NCBI GenBank assembly: GCA_964490165.1
Contig: CAZBAR010000003.1
Coordinates: forward strand, 42,463-106,462
Direction: 5' to 3'
Source: an uncultured Lachnospiraceae bacterium
GTDB lineage: Bacteria; Bacillota; Clostridia; Oscillospirales; CAG-272
DNA length: 64,000 bases
A program made the position numbers and the translations under genes. Shown here piece by piece: positions 50,525 through 60,950 of the stretch (its first letter is position 1; every line of letters starts with the position of its first letter). The notes under the pieces are model-generated. The model did not search any database. It had not been told where the DNA came from and worked only from the letters and a program-made list of their open reading frames with translations.

Positions 50525-50622
50525 ATCTGAAAAGCAAACCACCTTACGAACGCTGTGCGTATCGTAAGGTGGTTTTGCTCTTGTCTGAAAACCAGATCAG
50601 CAAATAACTAAAAGCTTTCGCG
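50525..50622. repeat. repeat-family copy doubling as a convergent terminator
   Basis: ATCTGAAAAGCAAACCACCTTACGA-(loop)-TCGTAAGGTGGTTTTGCTCTTGTCTGAAAACCAGATCAGCAAATAACTAAAAGCTTTCG. It combines the TCTGAAAA motif of subfamily 1 with the AGCAAA(A)TAACTAAAAG block of the 2781-3021 element. Confidence 0.6.
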
Positions 50623-50624
50623 CA

Positions 50625-51170
50625 TTACAGCAGCTCGTCATTATAATGTGCGCGGGAGCCTCCTATAAACTTAGGTCTGACCCTCGCAGCGCTGACAAGT
50701 GCTTCACCTATGCGATTATTCTTCAGTCTCAGCGGAACAGCTACACGCTTCAAATGCATACCTATAAGCGTAAGTCCTATGTCAAGCCCTGCGTCGGCAC
50801 GTATTTCTTCGACCGCAACAGGATGCCTGAATGCCTTATATGCCGCCGTTGCAAAGGAACCTCCGGCTTTTGGCTGCGGCACGACGTTGACAATGTCCGC
50901 ACCCGGTACGGCGTCCGCTTCAATAATTATAGCACGGTTAAGATGCTCGCAGCACTGCGCCGCTATATAGATCCCTCTGGGAGAAAACACCTGAGCCACC
51001 CCCTCGAATAAAGCCTCTGCCACCTCAGGCACAGAGGCTGTGCCTATTTTTTCGCCGCATACCTCACTTGTGGAGCAGCCGACCACTACTGTCTGACCCT
51101 CAAGGAGTCCCGCAGACTCGCACAGTTCAATCGCGGCAAGACGCGCTTCTTCTTTAATATCTTCGTACAT
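50625..51170 (-). CDS. TIGR01440 (UPF0340, YwlG-like) family protein
   Basis: 181 aa. GQTVVVGCSTSEV.GEKIGT...AAQCCEHLNRA matches the family signature. Confidence 0.7.
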   Translation of the reverse strand: MYEDIKEEARLAAIELCESAGLLEGQTVVVGCSTSEVCGEKIGTASVPEVAEALFEGVAQVFSPRGIYIAAQCCEHLNRAIIIEADAVPGADIVNVVPQPKAGGSFATAAYKAFRHPVAVEEIRADAGLDIGLTLIGMHLKRVAVPLRLKNNRIGEALVSAARVRPKFIGGSRAHYNDELL

Positions 51171-51187
51171 TCTTACAATTTCTCCTC

Positions 51188-54100
51188 TCAGTCCTTGTCT
51201 TTCTTTATCTCTATTATGTCCCCTAAGGGCAGCGAATATATGTATACCCCGTCAAACTTCTTGCCGAGAATATCCTCGCATATGTCACGGTAAACGGAAA
51301 GCTGACGCCGATGCCGCGCAACAAGCTTTTTTTCTGCCAGGCTTCTGTCTTCAAGCTCTTCCGGAGTAAGCCTGTCGGTTTTATAGTCAAGCAAGACAGT
51401 TTTGCCGTCACTATCGGTAAAAATGCAGTCTACCACGCCCTGCACCGTTATATTTATGCCATCGCGGCACAGATTTTCGGCAAGCGCCTTATCGGTCGTA
51501 AAATTGTCGGCAGGGAGCGACGCGTTAAACCGCTTCTCACGAAACACTTCTTTTGCAGATATAAGCCGTGCTATTATATCGCTGCGCCGAAACAGCTCGA
51601 TCTCATCCAGTCTGACAAGAGCTGCATTTTCTTCGCTTATAAAGCCGTGAGACAGAAGACGCTTAAGCTCTGTCTCAGCGCCCTCGTCATACAGGCGCTT
51701 CCAATCGCAGAACTGCATGAATATATGGGTCGCCACGCCCGCATCGGCGGCACTGTGTGCTTCTCCGCTCATAAACCGCGGCATCGGCATTTTTTTCGGC
51801 ATTCTTGTAACGCCGCCGCAGTCAAGGCTTACGGCTTCTTCACCTAAATTCAGAATATCGGGTCTGAGCTTTGAAACGGTAAGCTTTGCCGGAACAGTAT
51901 GCAGATACTCTCTGCCGTTTATACAGCCTGACGTATCGCCTAAAAACTCTTTAAGTCCTGCTGCACAGCCATCGGTATTCTCTATTGCAAGCTCAACTGT
52001 ACCTGTGTCGGACTTAATATCCCTTACCTTGTTTATAACAAAACAATCATTGCCGATGTTTCGCATTGCCGCGTCAAGTATCCATGTTGCCCAGTCAGAT
52101 GCACTGTTTATGACGTGGGCGCTGATGCTGCGGCGGGCATTTTCGGCAGCTGTCGTTAAAGTTTTATCTATGTCTTTCGACTTAAAGGTTATTATAAGCC
52201 TCTCTCTTGCTCTCGTCATGGCAACATACAAAACTCTTGCTTCTTCCTCAATGCACTGTCTTGCCAGTCCTTCGCCGAGTGCTCTGCGCAGGGCAGTATC
52301 GCATCTTACAATTCCCTCGCTGTCGTACAAACTCAATGCTATCTCTCCGTTCGCTCCGATAATGAGCAGATCCTTCTTATCAGTGGTATTAAACCCTTTC
52401 ATACACTCGCAAATAAAGCAAACGGGAAACTCCAGACCCTTAGAGCTGTGAACAGTCATTATCGTTACTTTGTTTTCGTCACCTAAAAACTCTTCCTTTC
52501 CGCGACATTCGGCTAAAGAGTTCAAATAAACAACAAGCTCATGAAGTCCCCCGCCCTTACGGCTGACAGTACACGAATGGGATATAAGAGTCTTTACTGA
52601 GCGGGCAATATCCGACTGAGTCCGCACGCCGTCACCCTCATACCTGAGCAATCCCGTCTCGCTTATAATAAGTCTGAGCATCTCGTCTGCCGGCAGCTCT
52701 TTTGCAGCATTTCTCCATTTGTTCAGCTTTTCTACAAACGCCGAACATTTACCTTTCAGTTCAGAATCGCTTCCGTCATCAGCATATCTTCGCACGGAAT
52801 ACCACAGCGGATCCTTATCCCGTCTGCGAATCCGAACCAGCTCTGAAAGCTCAAAGCCGCACAGCGGACTTTTCATGGCTCCCGCCAAATACACATCTCT
52901 AAGCGGATTGTCAACAGCATTCAGAAGGCACATTACCAACAGCACCTCTCCCAGACCAAAGAAGTTTTCGGGGGAGCCGCTGGTGGCTGCCACACCTCTT
53001 TTTGCAAGTGCGCGCACATAGTCTTCGGCGGCAGCTTTTCCGCGCAGCAAAATTGCTATATCGCGCGGCTGCAGATTTTGTGATCCGTCACTGCCGTCAA
53101 GCATACACTTTATTCTCTCGGCTACATACTCCGCCTCGGGATTTGCTGCATCCTCCTCTTCTCCTGCAGTCTTCTCAACAATACATATTTCAGCAGGAGC
53201 GCCGTTATCTTCCTTTTTTGCAAAGATCAGTCGGTCGCTTTCCTCAAAAGGAGTGGCCTTTGTTGCAAATACATATTCCGAAACAAGATTTGAAAAATTG
53301 ATAACTCCGCTGTCGCTGCGGAAGTTCTCACTCATAAAGACAGCCTCGCCGTCTTCACCCCTCTCGTACTTCTTGCGGTACTCCGTAAATATCTCCGGCT
53401 TTGCACCGCGGAAGGTGTATATCGACTGCTTTACATCTCCCACCATGAAACGTCCGCAGCCACACGAAACAGCACTGAACACCATATCCTGAACAGCGTT
53501 GGTATCCTGATACTCGTCTATAAAAATATAGTCAAACTTTTCGCCGACAGCCTTTGCAGCAGGCGTCGGTTCGCCGTTATCCGTACAAAAGACCTGAAGC
53601 GCATATTTTTCAAGGTCATTGTAATCGACACTGCCAAAATAGCACTTCTTTTCGGTGAAGATACTGTTAAACTTCGAGATAACATCTGACAGCATCTCTA
53701 TTTTTTCGGCAGTTGCATAACATATGCGTGACATTTCCTCATCATCAAGCTCAAAATAGGAACTAACTGTTTTTCTTGTAAATTCCTTAAATTTGTCTCT
53801 TATTTTTGTAAAATTCACATATTCTTCAGTTCTGTCTTCTCCCCTTTTGCCTTTCAGATTCGGAAATTTAATAATGCCGTTAAAAAAGCTGCGGATACTT
53901 AAATAGCTCTCATTAACGATCTTGCAAATACCGTCAGCCACATCAGCGCATCTGAGTACTTCATCCACACAGTCGGCAGTTATTTCGGAAGAGGCAAGCT
54001 CATCAGCTATGTTCAAAAACAACTCCTTATAATACTCAGCGCAGTCAGCCGTTTTCTTTTTTATGGCGTCATAGTATGTGGTCGCACATATATTGTGAGC

Positions 54101-54721
54101 ATTCTCTCTGAGAATTTCGGCATTTGCATAAATTTTCTTTTCGTCTATTCCAACCGACGCAAGGGCGTTTCTTACCTTAAGCAGAAATTCGTCAACATTG
54201 CTCTCGCTTCTTGCCTTTGAAATGCAATCCACCAATGACTCGAACCTTTGACGGACAGTCTCGTCGTCCGACTCAAAAAAACTGTCGCAGGTCTCTCGCA
54301 TTGCTTCTGCCTGCAAAGCGGTGCTCTCTGCCTCATCTATAATATCAAACGCAGGGGGAAGCCCCAAAGAAACGGCATAGGGAGTAAGCTCTGATTTGAA
54401 AAAGCTGTGTATCGTAGAAATATGTGCATTCTCCAAAGCGGCAAGCTGCTTTATTATATGCTTGTTTCCCGGATCTTCTGCAATTGCCGATGACAATGCA
54501 TCGCCTATTCTCTGCTTAAGCTCACCTGCAGCCGCATTAGTAAAGGTAACCACAAGCATTCGGCTTATTTCTGCGTTGCAGGCAGGATCCTTCAACAGTC
54601 TTATAATACGCTGGGTAAGGGTGGCGGTCTTACCGCTTCCCGCAGCTGCGGACAGCAACAGATTTTTGCCGTCAAAATCAATGGCACGCTGCTGTGCCGG
54701 TGTCCAGTTTCTTTCAGCCAT
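51188..54721 (-). CDS. addA: helicase-exonuclease AddAB, subunit AddA
   Basis: 1177 aa: UvrD-type helicase motifs (LLSAAAGSGKT, FIDEYQDTN, TVHSSKGLEF) and a C-terminal RecB-type nuclease (GVVDCIF...DYKTD). Confidence 0.95.
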   Translation of the reverse strand: MAERNWTPAQQRAIDFDGKNLLLSAAAGSGKTATLTQRIIRLLKDPACNAEISRMLVVTFTNAAAGELKQRIGDALSSAIAEDPGNKHIIKQLAALENAHISTIHSFFKSELTPYAVSLGLPPAFDIIDEAESTALQAEAMRETCDSFFESDDETVRQRFESLVDCISKARSESNVDEFLLKVRNALASVGIDEKKIYANAEILRENAHNICATTYYDAIKKKTADCAEYYKELFLNIADELASSEITADCVDEVLRCADVADGICKIVNESYLSIRSFFNGIIKFPNLKGKRGEDRTEEYVNFTKIRDKFKEFTRKTVSSYFELDDEEMSRICYATAEKIEMLSDVISKFNSIFTEKKCYFGSVDYNDLEKYALQVFCTDNGEPTPAAKAVGEKFDYIFIDEYQDTNAVQDMVFSAVSCGCGRFMVGDVKQSIYTFRGAKPEIFTEYRKKYERGEDGEAVFMSENFRSDSGVINFSNLVSEYVFATKATPFEESDRLIFAKKEDNGAPAEICIVEKTAGEEEDAANPEAEYVAERIKCMLDGSDGSQNLQPRDIAILLRGKAAAEDYVRALAKRGVAATSGSPENFFGLGEVLLVMCLLNAVDNPLRDVYLAGAMKSPLCGFELSELVRIRRRDKDPLWYSVRRYADDGSDSELKGKCSAFVEKLNKWRNAAKELPADEMLRLIISETGLLRYEGDGVRTQSDIARSVKTLISHSCTVSRKGGGLHELVVYLNSLAECRGKEEFLGDENKVTIMTVHSSKGLEFPVCFICECMKGFNTTDKKDLLIIGANGEIALSLYDSEGIVRCDTALRRALGEGLARQCIEEEARVLYVAMTRARERLIITFKSKDIDKTLTTAAENARRSISAHVINSASDWATWILDAAMRNIGNDCFVINKVRDIKSDTGTVELAIENTDGCAAGLKEFLGDTSGCINGREYLHTVPAKLTVSKLRPDILNLGEEAVSLDCGGVTRMPKKMPMPRFMSGEAHSAADAGVATHIFMQFCDWKRLYDEGAETELKRLLSHGFISEENAALVRLDEIELFRRSDIIARLISAKEVFREKRFNASLPADNFTTDKALAENLCRDGINITVQGVVDCIFTDSDGKTVLLDYKTDRLTPEELEDRSLAEKKLVARHRRQLSVYRDICEDILGKKFDGVYIYSLPLGDIIEIKKDKD

Positions 54722-57700
54722 TGCCGTTTTCCTCCTTTTTAGTGTCAGCTATAGTGTCAGCCGCAGTTGCTTTGTCGCTGTGCCTGCAAAAGGCTCTTGC
54801 AGCACAATACTGGCACGTACCTTTTTCCCCGGGTTGTTCGGGGATGCTGCAAGCCTCTCCGCCCGCCAGCCTGTTTCCGATCTCAGCAAGGGATGACATC
54901 ATCTGTTCTCTTATTTGTCCGAATTCTTCCTCGCTTGCAGTTCTGCTGCAGCGCGCGTCATAATCACCGCCATTTTTTTTCTTTGCAGGTATATATATGC
55001 CGTTGATTCCCTTTTCCATGGCATCTAAAACGTCATCGTCACGAAGAACCAGTCCGGTTCTCGATATGCCCTTGATCGCTATACCCTGTGCAGTCTCAGC
55101 GTCTACATAGTTAGCAGACGAGGCCTCGCCGGGCTTTGCGCTGAAATACACCGCGCCTGCAGGCAGTATTTTTTCGCCGTTGGGCGCAAGCTCACGTCTG
55201 AAATTGCATCCCTCAGGGCTTTCGCAAAGTGAAAACAGATACAGCATAAGCTGAACATTTTTGCCTTTCACTACATCAGCGAGAGAAAATTTCTTGTCGC
55301 CTGTTTTGTAGTCTACCACTCTTAAATAAATGCTGTCACCTTTTTTGTATTTATCAACTCGGTCTACTACACCGTATATAGACATGGTCTTTCCGTTTTC
55401 AAGCATTATGGGAGCTGACGGCAGATCTTCATCGCCGACGCGAAGTTCAAAGCCATACGGCTTAAAGCGGCTTTGAGCAAATTCTTCATTTAATGCGCGC
55501 ACGAACAGCCGCAGACTGCGGCTTATGCGCGAAAACAGGTAGTCCGGTCTGCCCTGCACCCCATTTGGGCACACGCGCGCAATATATTCTCTTATAAGCC
55601 TGTCAGAACGGCTGATAAGAACGCTGTCGTCTATAGGGAAAACGTCATCCTTTGACTCTCTCATAAAATCTTCAAGGATCTTATGAACAAAATTACCTGC
55701 GTCTGCCGCTGAAAACTGCGCTGTCTCGCCGCTATCCAAATGCAGAACATAGTCCGCGTAGTATTTGAATGCGCAGCCGTTAAAGCATTCGATTCTTGAC
55801 TGCGTCATATTCAGCTTTTTGCCGAATATATCGTCTGCAAGCGCACCCGGTATGCGTTCCCTGTCAGCAGATATAGAAGTGGAAGAAAAGCTGTCGCCCG
55901 CCAAAGCCGAGCTGTACTGACGCACAGCCTCTATTCCGTCGCTTTTTGTAAAATCAAGCACCTCTGCATCCCGTACAAGCTTCATTACCCTTTGCGCTCC
56001 CGATGACGGGCGGCAAGCCCCGTCATCAAGGCAAGGCACCATCAGGGTAAGCGTTTCCGATGCGGAGGAGACAGTATGTCTGAACAAAAACATCTCCTCA
56101 TTGAGCTTGTCCTCAGTACAGGGAGAAAGCTCTACACCGGCCGTTTTCAGCTTTTTCTTATCGGCATCGCTGAAAAATCCGTTATCCTGAGGAATGCGCG
56201 GAAACTCTCCCGCAGCGGCACCCAACACTATAATATGCTTGGCACATTCAAAGCGAACGCTTCCCACACTGCCAAGCGTCACACGTTCAATGCCGTCGGG
56301 AATAGTGCCTATGGAGCACTCGTCAGCGGCACGTCGAAGCATAGCGGCAAAGCTTGCCGCGTCCATATGCGCATCAGGCACAGCAAGAGCAATAGTATCA
56401 AGTACCGACAAGACCGCGCCCCAAACCTGAGATTTTTTCTGAGCGGCAGCATAGTCGCCCCTTTTCCACAGCTCGTCCGCCTCAGCTCTGAGCCTGTCAT
56501 ACACGTCAAAATCGGTGAGCATCTTTACCGCCGCACGGCATATCTCAGTGGCAGTCGAGCCAAATGACCGGCAAAAGGCATCTACAGGCGGAACAAGTAT
56601 CTCCCTTGCCTCATTGGCAAGCCGCAGCATCTCCCCTGACCATGGGCTCATAGTCTCAGCATAGCCTTGAGGGTTCATGCTCCATCCGTCCTCGGCACAA
56701 AACATTTTTTTGCCCCGTATATTCCATATTCCCGTATACTTTTCAAAAGCATCGCTCTGATCGGGGCTGAGCCCGCAAAGACCTGATGCGGCGCATGATA
56801 TAAGGTCATCCCTGCGCCAGCCGCCTGCTGCAACTGAAGACGCCGTAAGCAAAAGACGCATGGCAGGCTGGTCTGTAACAGGAGTCTTGCCAGATACATA
56901 CACCGGGATGCCGTTTCTTTCAAGCTCCACGTCAGTAATACCGATAAGGCGCTGCAAATCCGCCGCCACCACGGCTATGTCCGAATAGCTTGCTCCGCCG
57001 CGCACCAGCTCTTTTATTCTTGCAGCACATAATGTAGCCTCGTCGGCTCTGTCTGCACATTTTATTATTTTAACGCAATCCGCACCGCCGTCCACAGAGG
57101 GAGCGGAATAATCCCACAGCCTTTCTGAAAGATAATTTATCACATGAGGAAGAGACGATACGCAATTTACGATTTTAATATCTCTGCCCGCTGCCGCTGC
57201 AAGCCTTGACATATCCTGCACATATGCCCAGATATGCTCCATATGCTCACGCACTCTGTCGCCGTGAGCCATAGCATAGGTCACAAAAACATCGGGGCAC
57301 TGACGGAATATATGACCGACTACCTTCATTTCCTTAGGAGTGAGTGTATAGAAACAGTCTATAAATACGGCTGAGCCCTCAAAAAAGCTGCCGTACTCCA
57401 ATGCCTCGCATAAAGCATCAGGTATCTCCTCGGGATCGTCATAGCATTTATGCAGCATAACATCGTAAGCCGCAGCAATAAGCGACAGATCTCTGAGCCT
57501 TGCTGCAAGTGAGGCGGCGCCCTCGGCTTCTATTTTGTCAGCCGCCGCTTCAAGGTCTGACGGAGCAGTACCGTACAGCTTCATTTCGCTTACCGCGTGC
57601 CGCATCATAGGCACGTAGCGCTCTGCCCTGCGAAGCTCGCCGTATACAGTAAGCCTCGGTGCAACGCTCGTCATCGCGTTCCACATTATAAGCGTCTTTT

Positions 57701-57959
57701 CCGCATCGCTTATGTAATGCTTTGCAACGCCGCCGTACTCGCGGAAAACGATGTCGGCAAGCCTTGTAAAGCTGACAGTCTCAATAAGAAAAGCATCGCT
57801 TGCAGGCAGCATACGGGCAGCAAGAGAGTCCCAGTACAGCGCCTGCTGCTCAGGTACGATTATAATTATCTTTTTGCCGTCCTTCAGCTGCTCTTTGATC
57901 TTTTCAAGCAAATATTCTGTTTTTTCAGCAGCGCTTCTGCCGAATATAAACTCTGTCAT
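54714..57959 (-). CDS. addB: helicase-exonuclease AddAB, subunit AddB
   Basis: 1081 aa: degenerate N-terminal helicase fold, C-terminal nuclease (VDYKTG) and an Fe-S Cys cluster (C..CQYC..C). Overlaps addA by 8 nt. Confidence 0.9.
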   Translation of the reverse strand: MTEFIFGRSAAEKTEYLLEKIKEQLKDGKKIIIIVPEQQALYWDSLAARMLPASDAFLIETVSFTRLADIVFREYGGVAKHYISDAEKTLIMWNAMTSVAPRLTVYGELRRAERYVPMMRHAVSEMKLYGTAPSDLEAAADKIEAEGAASLAARLRDLSLIAAAYDVMLHKCYDDPEEIPDALCEALEYGSFFEGSAVFIDCFYTLTPKEMKVVGHIFRQCPDVFVTYAMAHGDRVREHMEHIWAYVQDMSRLAAAAGRDIKIVNCVSSLPHVINYLSERLWDYSAPSVDGGADCVKIIKCADRADEATLCAARIKELVRGGASYSDIAVVAADLQRLIGITDVELERNGIPVYVSGKTPVTDQPAMRLLLTASSVAAGGWRRDDLISCAASGLCGLSPDQSDAFEKYTGIWNIRGKKMFCAEDGWSMNPQGYAETMSPWSGEMLRLANEAREILVPPVDAFCRSFGSTATEICRAAVKMLTDFDVYDRLRAEADELWKRGDYAAAQKKSQVWGAVLSVLDTIALAVPDAHMDAASFAAMLRRAADECSIGTIPDGIERVTLGSVGSVRFECAKHIIVLGAAAGEFPRIPQDNGFFSDADKKKLKTAGVELSPCTEDKLNEEMFLFRHTVSSASETLTLMVPCLDDGACRPSSGAQRVMKLVRDAEVLDFTKSDGIEAVRQYSSALAGDSFSSTSISADRERIPGALADDIFGKKLNMTQSRIECFNGCAFKYYADYVLHLDSGETAQFSAADAGNFVHKILEDFMRESKDDVFPIDDSVLISRSDRLIREYIARVCPNGVQGRPDYLFSRISRSLRLFVRALNEEFAQSRFKPYGFELRVGDEDLPSAPIMLENGKTMSIYGVVDRVDKYKKGDSIYLRVVDYKTGDKKFSLADVVKGKNVQLMLYLFSLCESPEGCNFRRELAPNGEKILPAGAVYFSAKPGEASSANYVDAETAQGIAIKGISRTGLVLRDDDVLDAMEKGINGIYIPAKKKNGGDYDARCSRTASEEEFGQIREQMMSSLAEIGNRLAGGEACSIPEQPGEKGTCQYCAARAFCRHSDKATAADTIADTKKEENGNG

Positions 57960-58792
57960 ACCTTATCACCTTTCCGCATCAAGTCAATATTTCTCTTCAT
58001 TATCTCTCTTTTTCGCCACGAAAAAGGATAGCTTTTATATTCCTCATCTGTCAGCAGAAGCACGGACTCCGCTGATCCGTCAAGCCTTCCTGACCTGAAG
58101 AACTCTATAGGTGTTTCAATAGTTCCCGCACGGACAGCACTTTTTGTATGAGGGCATACATTTTGGCACACGTCGCACCCCCATATATATCCCCCGCGGC
58201 GCATAACTGCGATCTCCCCGTCTCCAAGCTCGCCTTTTTTCTGATTTACGGCGGAAGCACAGGTATCGCGCCGACTGCTTCCGGCACAGCCTCCGGGACA
58301 CGCAGCAGTGCACGCTCCGCAGCTTTCACAGCACATTATTTTTCCGTCTCCAAACCCTATTCCCTCGTCTGCAAGCTGTGCCGCACTCAGATCGGTCACC
58401 ACCTCACCTATGCATACAAATGACGAATAACGTGGATTTATAAGCAGTCCGTTTTTTCCCACAATGCCAAGTCCTGCCGCCGCAGCACCGTCGCGCTCGC
58501 AAAAAGGTGAATGATCGGCAAAACCGCGTGCAAAGGCTCCGGAATATTTTTCTGTAATATAACTGCACACTTCACCGAAAACTATTTCGGCAAGACTGTG
58601 ATAATCTCTCACTGCGGCAAAGCGTGACAGTGGATAAGGATCGGGATCGGTATAATACGGAAACAGCACGAAAACAACATTGCATCCGCTTGGCAGACCG
58701 TCATACAGCCTGCGGTTTGCGGGAGAGCAGACTGCCGCGTCTACTGCTGCAAAGCATAAAATATTATGTTTTTCAAAAATATCGCTTATCAT
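57956..58792 (-). CDS. QueG-like epoxyqueuosine reductase family protein (DUF1730 + 4Fe-4S)
   Basis: ERDGAAAAGLGIVGKNGLLINPRYSSFVCIGE, CESCGACTAACP and CDVCQNVCP. Shorter than canonical QueG. Start set at ATG 58792; overlaps addB by 4 nt. Confidence 0.55.
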   Translation of the reverse strand: MISDIFEKHNILCFAAVDAAVCSPANRRLYDGLPSGCNVVFVLFPYYTDPDPYPLSRFAAVRDYHSLAEIVFGEVCSYITEKYSGAFARGFADHSPFCERDGAAAAGLGIVGKNGLLINPRYSSFVCIGEVVTDLSAAQLADEGIGFGDGKIMCCESCGACTAACPGGCAGSSRRDTCASAVNQKKGELGDGEIAVMRRGGYIWGCDVCQNVCPHTKSAVRAGTIETPIEFFRSGRLDGSAESVLLLTDEEYKSYPFSWRKREIMKRNIDLMRKGDKV

Positions 58793-58973
58793 ACTGATTT
58801 CCTTACCAAAAGTGATTATTACATTGTTTTCTGAATACAATTATATCAAAATATCAAAGCTTATTCAATAGTCGACATTTTTCAAAATTCACAATTTAAT
58901 ATTGAAAAGCAAAAATATATGTGGTATACTCACTGGTATATTTACAGGAGGGCGCACAGCGCGTTTTTATGTC

Positions 58974-59534
58974 ATGGCAAAAACACACAGCGGAGAAGAA
59001 ATAGACCGTTCTTCCAATTCTACAAACTACACTGAATTCACCGTTAAAAAAAGCTCAGATGCCAAAACGGTTCTGATACGGGCTTTGCTTATCGTCGTTT
59101 ATGTTTCAATTGTAGTAGGCATATGGGTTGCCGCATGGTGGCTGGGCGCTATCAGCGCTCTTTTGGTGGCTATTGCGTGGTTCTTTACATGGCCGCTTAC
59201 AAATATTGAATACGAATACACCACATCATCCGGAGACTGGCGCTTTGAAAAGATCGTTGCATCAAAACGCCGCAAAGTTGTTCTTGACGTCAAAATAAAG
59301 GATATGGAGATCATAGCGCCGTACACCTCCGAATACTCTGATAAATACAAAAGCGCTTCAAAGGTCTACGACTTCAGAAAGAGTGCAAAGCAGACCGAAG
59401 ACGTGTATTTTGCACTGTTTGAAGAAAACGGCGCAAAAAGCCTTATTCTTTTCCAGTGTACCAATAAGGCACTGAAGATCTTTGCTTCCTATAACAAAGC
59501 AGGCACGGTCAAGTGCGATACATTGCGTTATTGA
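58974..59534 (+). CDS. small two-TM membrane protein (possibly DUF6106)
   Basis: TM pair (ALLIVVYVSIVVGIWVAAWWLGAISALLVAIAWFF), then NIEYEYTTSSGDWRFEKI. No SD lies close to ATG 58974, so the start is uncertain (alternative TTG at 58902). Confidence 0.45.
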   Translation: MAKTHSGEEIDRSSNSTNYTEFTVKKSSDAKTVLIRALLIVVYVSIVVGIWVAAWWLGAISALLVAIAWFFTWPLTNIEYEYTTSSGDWRFEKIVASKRRKVVLDVKIKDMEIIAPYTSEYSDKYKSASKVYDFRKSAKQTEDVYFALFEENGAKSLILFQCTNKALKIFASYNKAGTVKCDTLRY

Positions 59535-59546
59535 TGATATTTTTTG

Positions 59547-59579
59547 AAGCGGCAGCTATGCTGCCGCTTGCTTTATTTT
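59547..59579 (+). terminator. intrinsic terminator
   Basis: AAGCGGCAGC-tat-GCTGCCGCTT followed by GCTTTATTTT. Confidence 0.7.
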
Positions 59580-59643
59580 ATTTTACTTCTTCAAATGTCC
59601 CATTTTCGCCTCATACGAAGCTGCCTGCGAAAAATAGTAATGA

Positions 59644-59672
59644 TTGACAAAAGCACCGTAACAATGTATAAT
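59644..59672 (+). promoter_or_regulatory. sigma-A-type promoter for wecB
   Basis: TTGACA, 17 nt, TATAAT with TG at the extended -10 position, about 95 nt upstream of the start codon. Confidence 0.7.
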
Positions 59673-59765
59673 ATAGTCATAACGATCACTCAGGTATACT
59701 GTTTGTGCTATACCGCAAAATTTTATTTATTTTAGCCACTGCATCACGGTGGAACGGAGATCATT

Positions 59766-60869
59766 ATGTCTGTAAAGGTTTTATCTGTTTTCGGGACAAG
59801 ACCCGAAACCATAAAAATGGCTCCCCTTGTTAAGGAGCTCGACAGCCGCGAGGAAATAGACAGTGTTGTATGCGTTACCGGACAGCACCGCCAAATGCTG
59901 GATCAGGTGCTTGAAGCATTCGATATTCACCCCGATTTTGACCTTAATATCATGCGTGACGGTCAGACACTTACGGATATAACCGTTCGCGTGCTTGAAG
60001 GTATGAATAAAGTAATAGCCGAGGTCCGGCCCGACATCGTGCTTGTACACGGCGACACTTCTACAGCTTTCGCCGCAGCACTTTCCGCATTTTACAACAG
60101 GGTGCCTATAGGTCACGTGGAAGCGGGACTTCGCACCTACAACAAATATTCGCCATATCCCGAGGAGATAAACCGCCAGTTTATCGGCACTGTCGCCGAT
60201 ATGAACTTCTCGCCTACGGAGAAAAGCCGCCAGAACCTTATAAACGAAGGCAAAGACCCCTCAACCATATATGTAACGGGAAACACCGCCATTGATGCTA
60301 TGAGTCTTACTGTCCGTGAAGACTATTCAGATGAAACTGTTGAATGGGCAAAGGACAGCCGCCTTATCGTTCTCACTGCGCACCGCAGAGAGAACATAGG
60401 CGACACCATGAGAGGTATGTTCCGCGCTATCCGCCGCGTTCTCGAAAAGCATGACGATGTCAAGGTCGTTTACCCCGTCCACCTGAATCCCGCAGTAGTA
60501 AGCGCTGCAAACGAGGTTCTCGGCGGTATTGAGAGAGTGCGCCTTATAAAGCCCCTTGAGGTGTTTGAATTCCACAATCTGCTGGCAAGATCGCACATTA
60601 TCCTTACGGACAGCGGCGGAATTCAGGAAGAAGCGCCCTCTCTGCACAAGCCTGTTATCGTACTTCGTGATACTACAGAGCGCCCCGAGGGTGTAGAAGC
60701 AGGCACGCTGAAGCTTGCCGGAACAGACGAGAACGTTATCTACTCAATGATAGATGAGCTGCTTTCCGACCCTGTGGAATACGAAAAAATGAGCAGTGCC
60801 AAGAACCCTTACGGCGACGGCCACGCATCAGAGCGCATAGCCGACGCTATTATCGCAAAATTTAATTGA
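59766..60869 (+). CDS. wecB: UDP-N-acetylglucosamine 2-epimerase (non-hydrolysing)
   Basis: VFGTRPETIKMAPL, VTGQHRQMLD, VHGDTSTAFA, HVEAGLRT, TDSGGIQEEAP. Confidence 0.9.
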   Translation: MSVKVLSVFGTRPETIKMAPLVKELDSREEIDSVVCVTGQHRQMLDQVLEAFDIHPDFDLNIMRDGQTLTDITVRVLEGMNKVIAEVRPDIVLVHGDTSTAFAAALSAFYNRVPIGHVEAGLRTYNKYSPYPEEINRQFIGTVADMNFSPTEKSRQNLINEGKDPSTIYVTGNTAIDAMSLTVREDYSDETVEWAKDSRLIVLTAHRRENIGDTMRGMFRAIRRVLEKHDDVKVVYPVHLNPAVVSAANEVLGGIERVRLIKPLEVFEFHNLLARSHIILTDSGGIQEEAPSLHKPVIVLRDTTERPEGVEAGTLKLAGTDENVIYSMIDELLSDPVEYEKMSSAKNPYGDGHASERIADAIIAKFN

Positions 60870-60876
60870 AACAATT

Positions 60877-60920
60877 AAAAAAATCAGCAGACAAAGCTTT
60901 ACATTGTCTGCTGATTTTTC
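60877..60920. terminator. bidirectional terminator between convergent genes
   Basis: AAAAAAA-ATCAGCAGACA-(11 nt)-TGTCTGCTGAT-TTTT. Confidence 0.75.
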
Positions 60921-60950
60921 ATATTTACCTATACATATCCGGTCACTCAC

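Noticed and set aside
51717-52451. 244-aa plus-strand ORF, and other long plus-strand ORFs within 51188-57959
   Set aside because: They are antisense to addA/addB, whose helicase and nuclease motifs are unambiguous.
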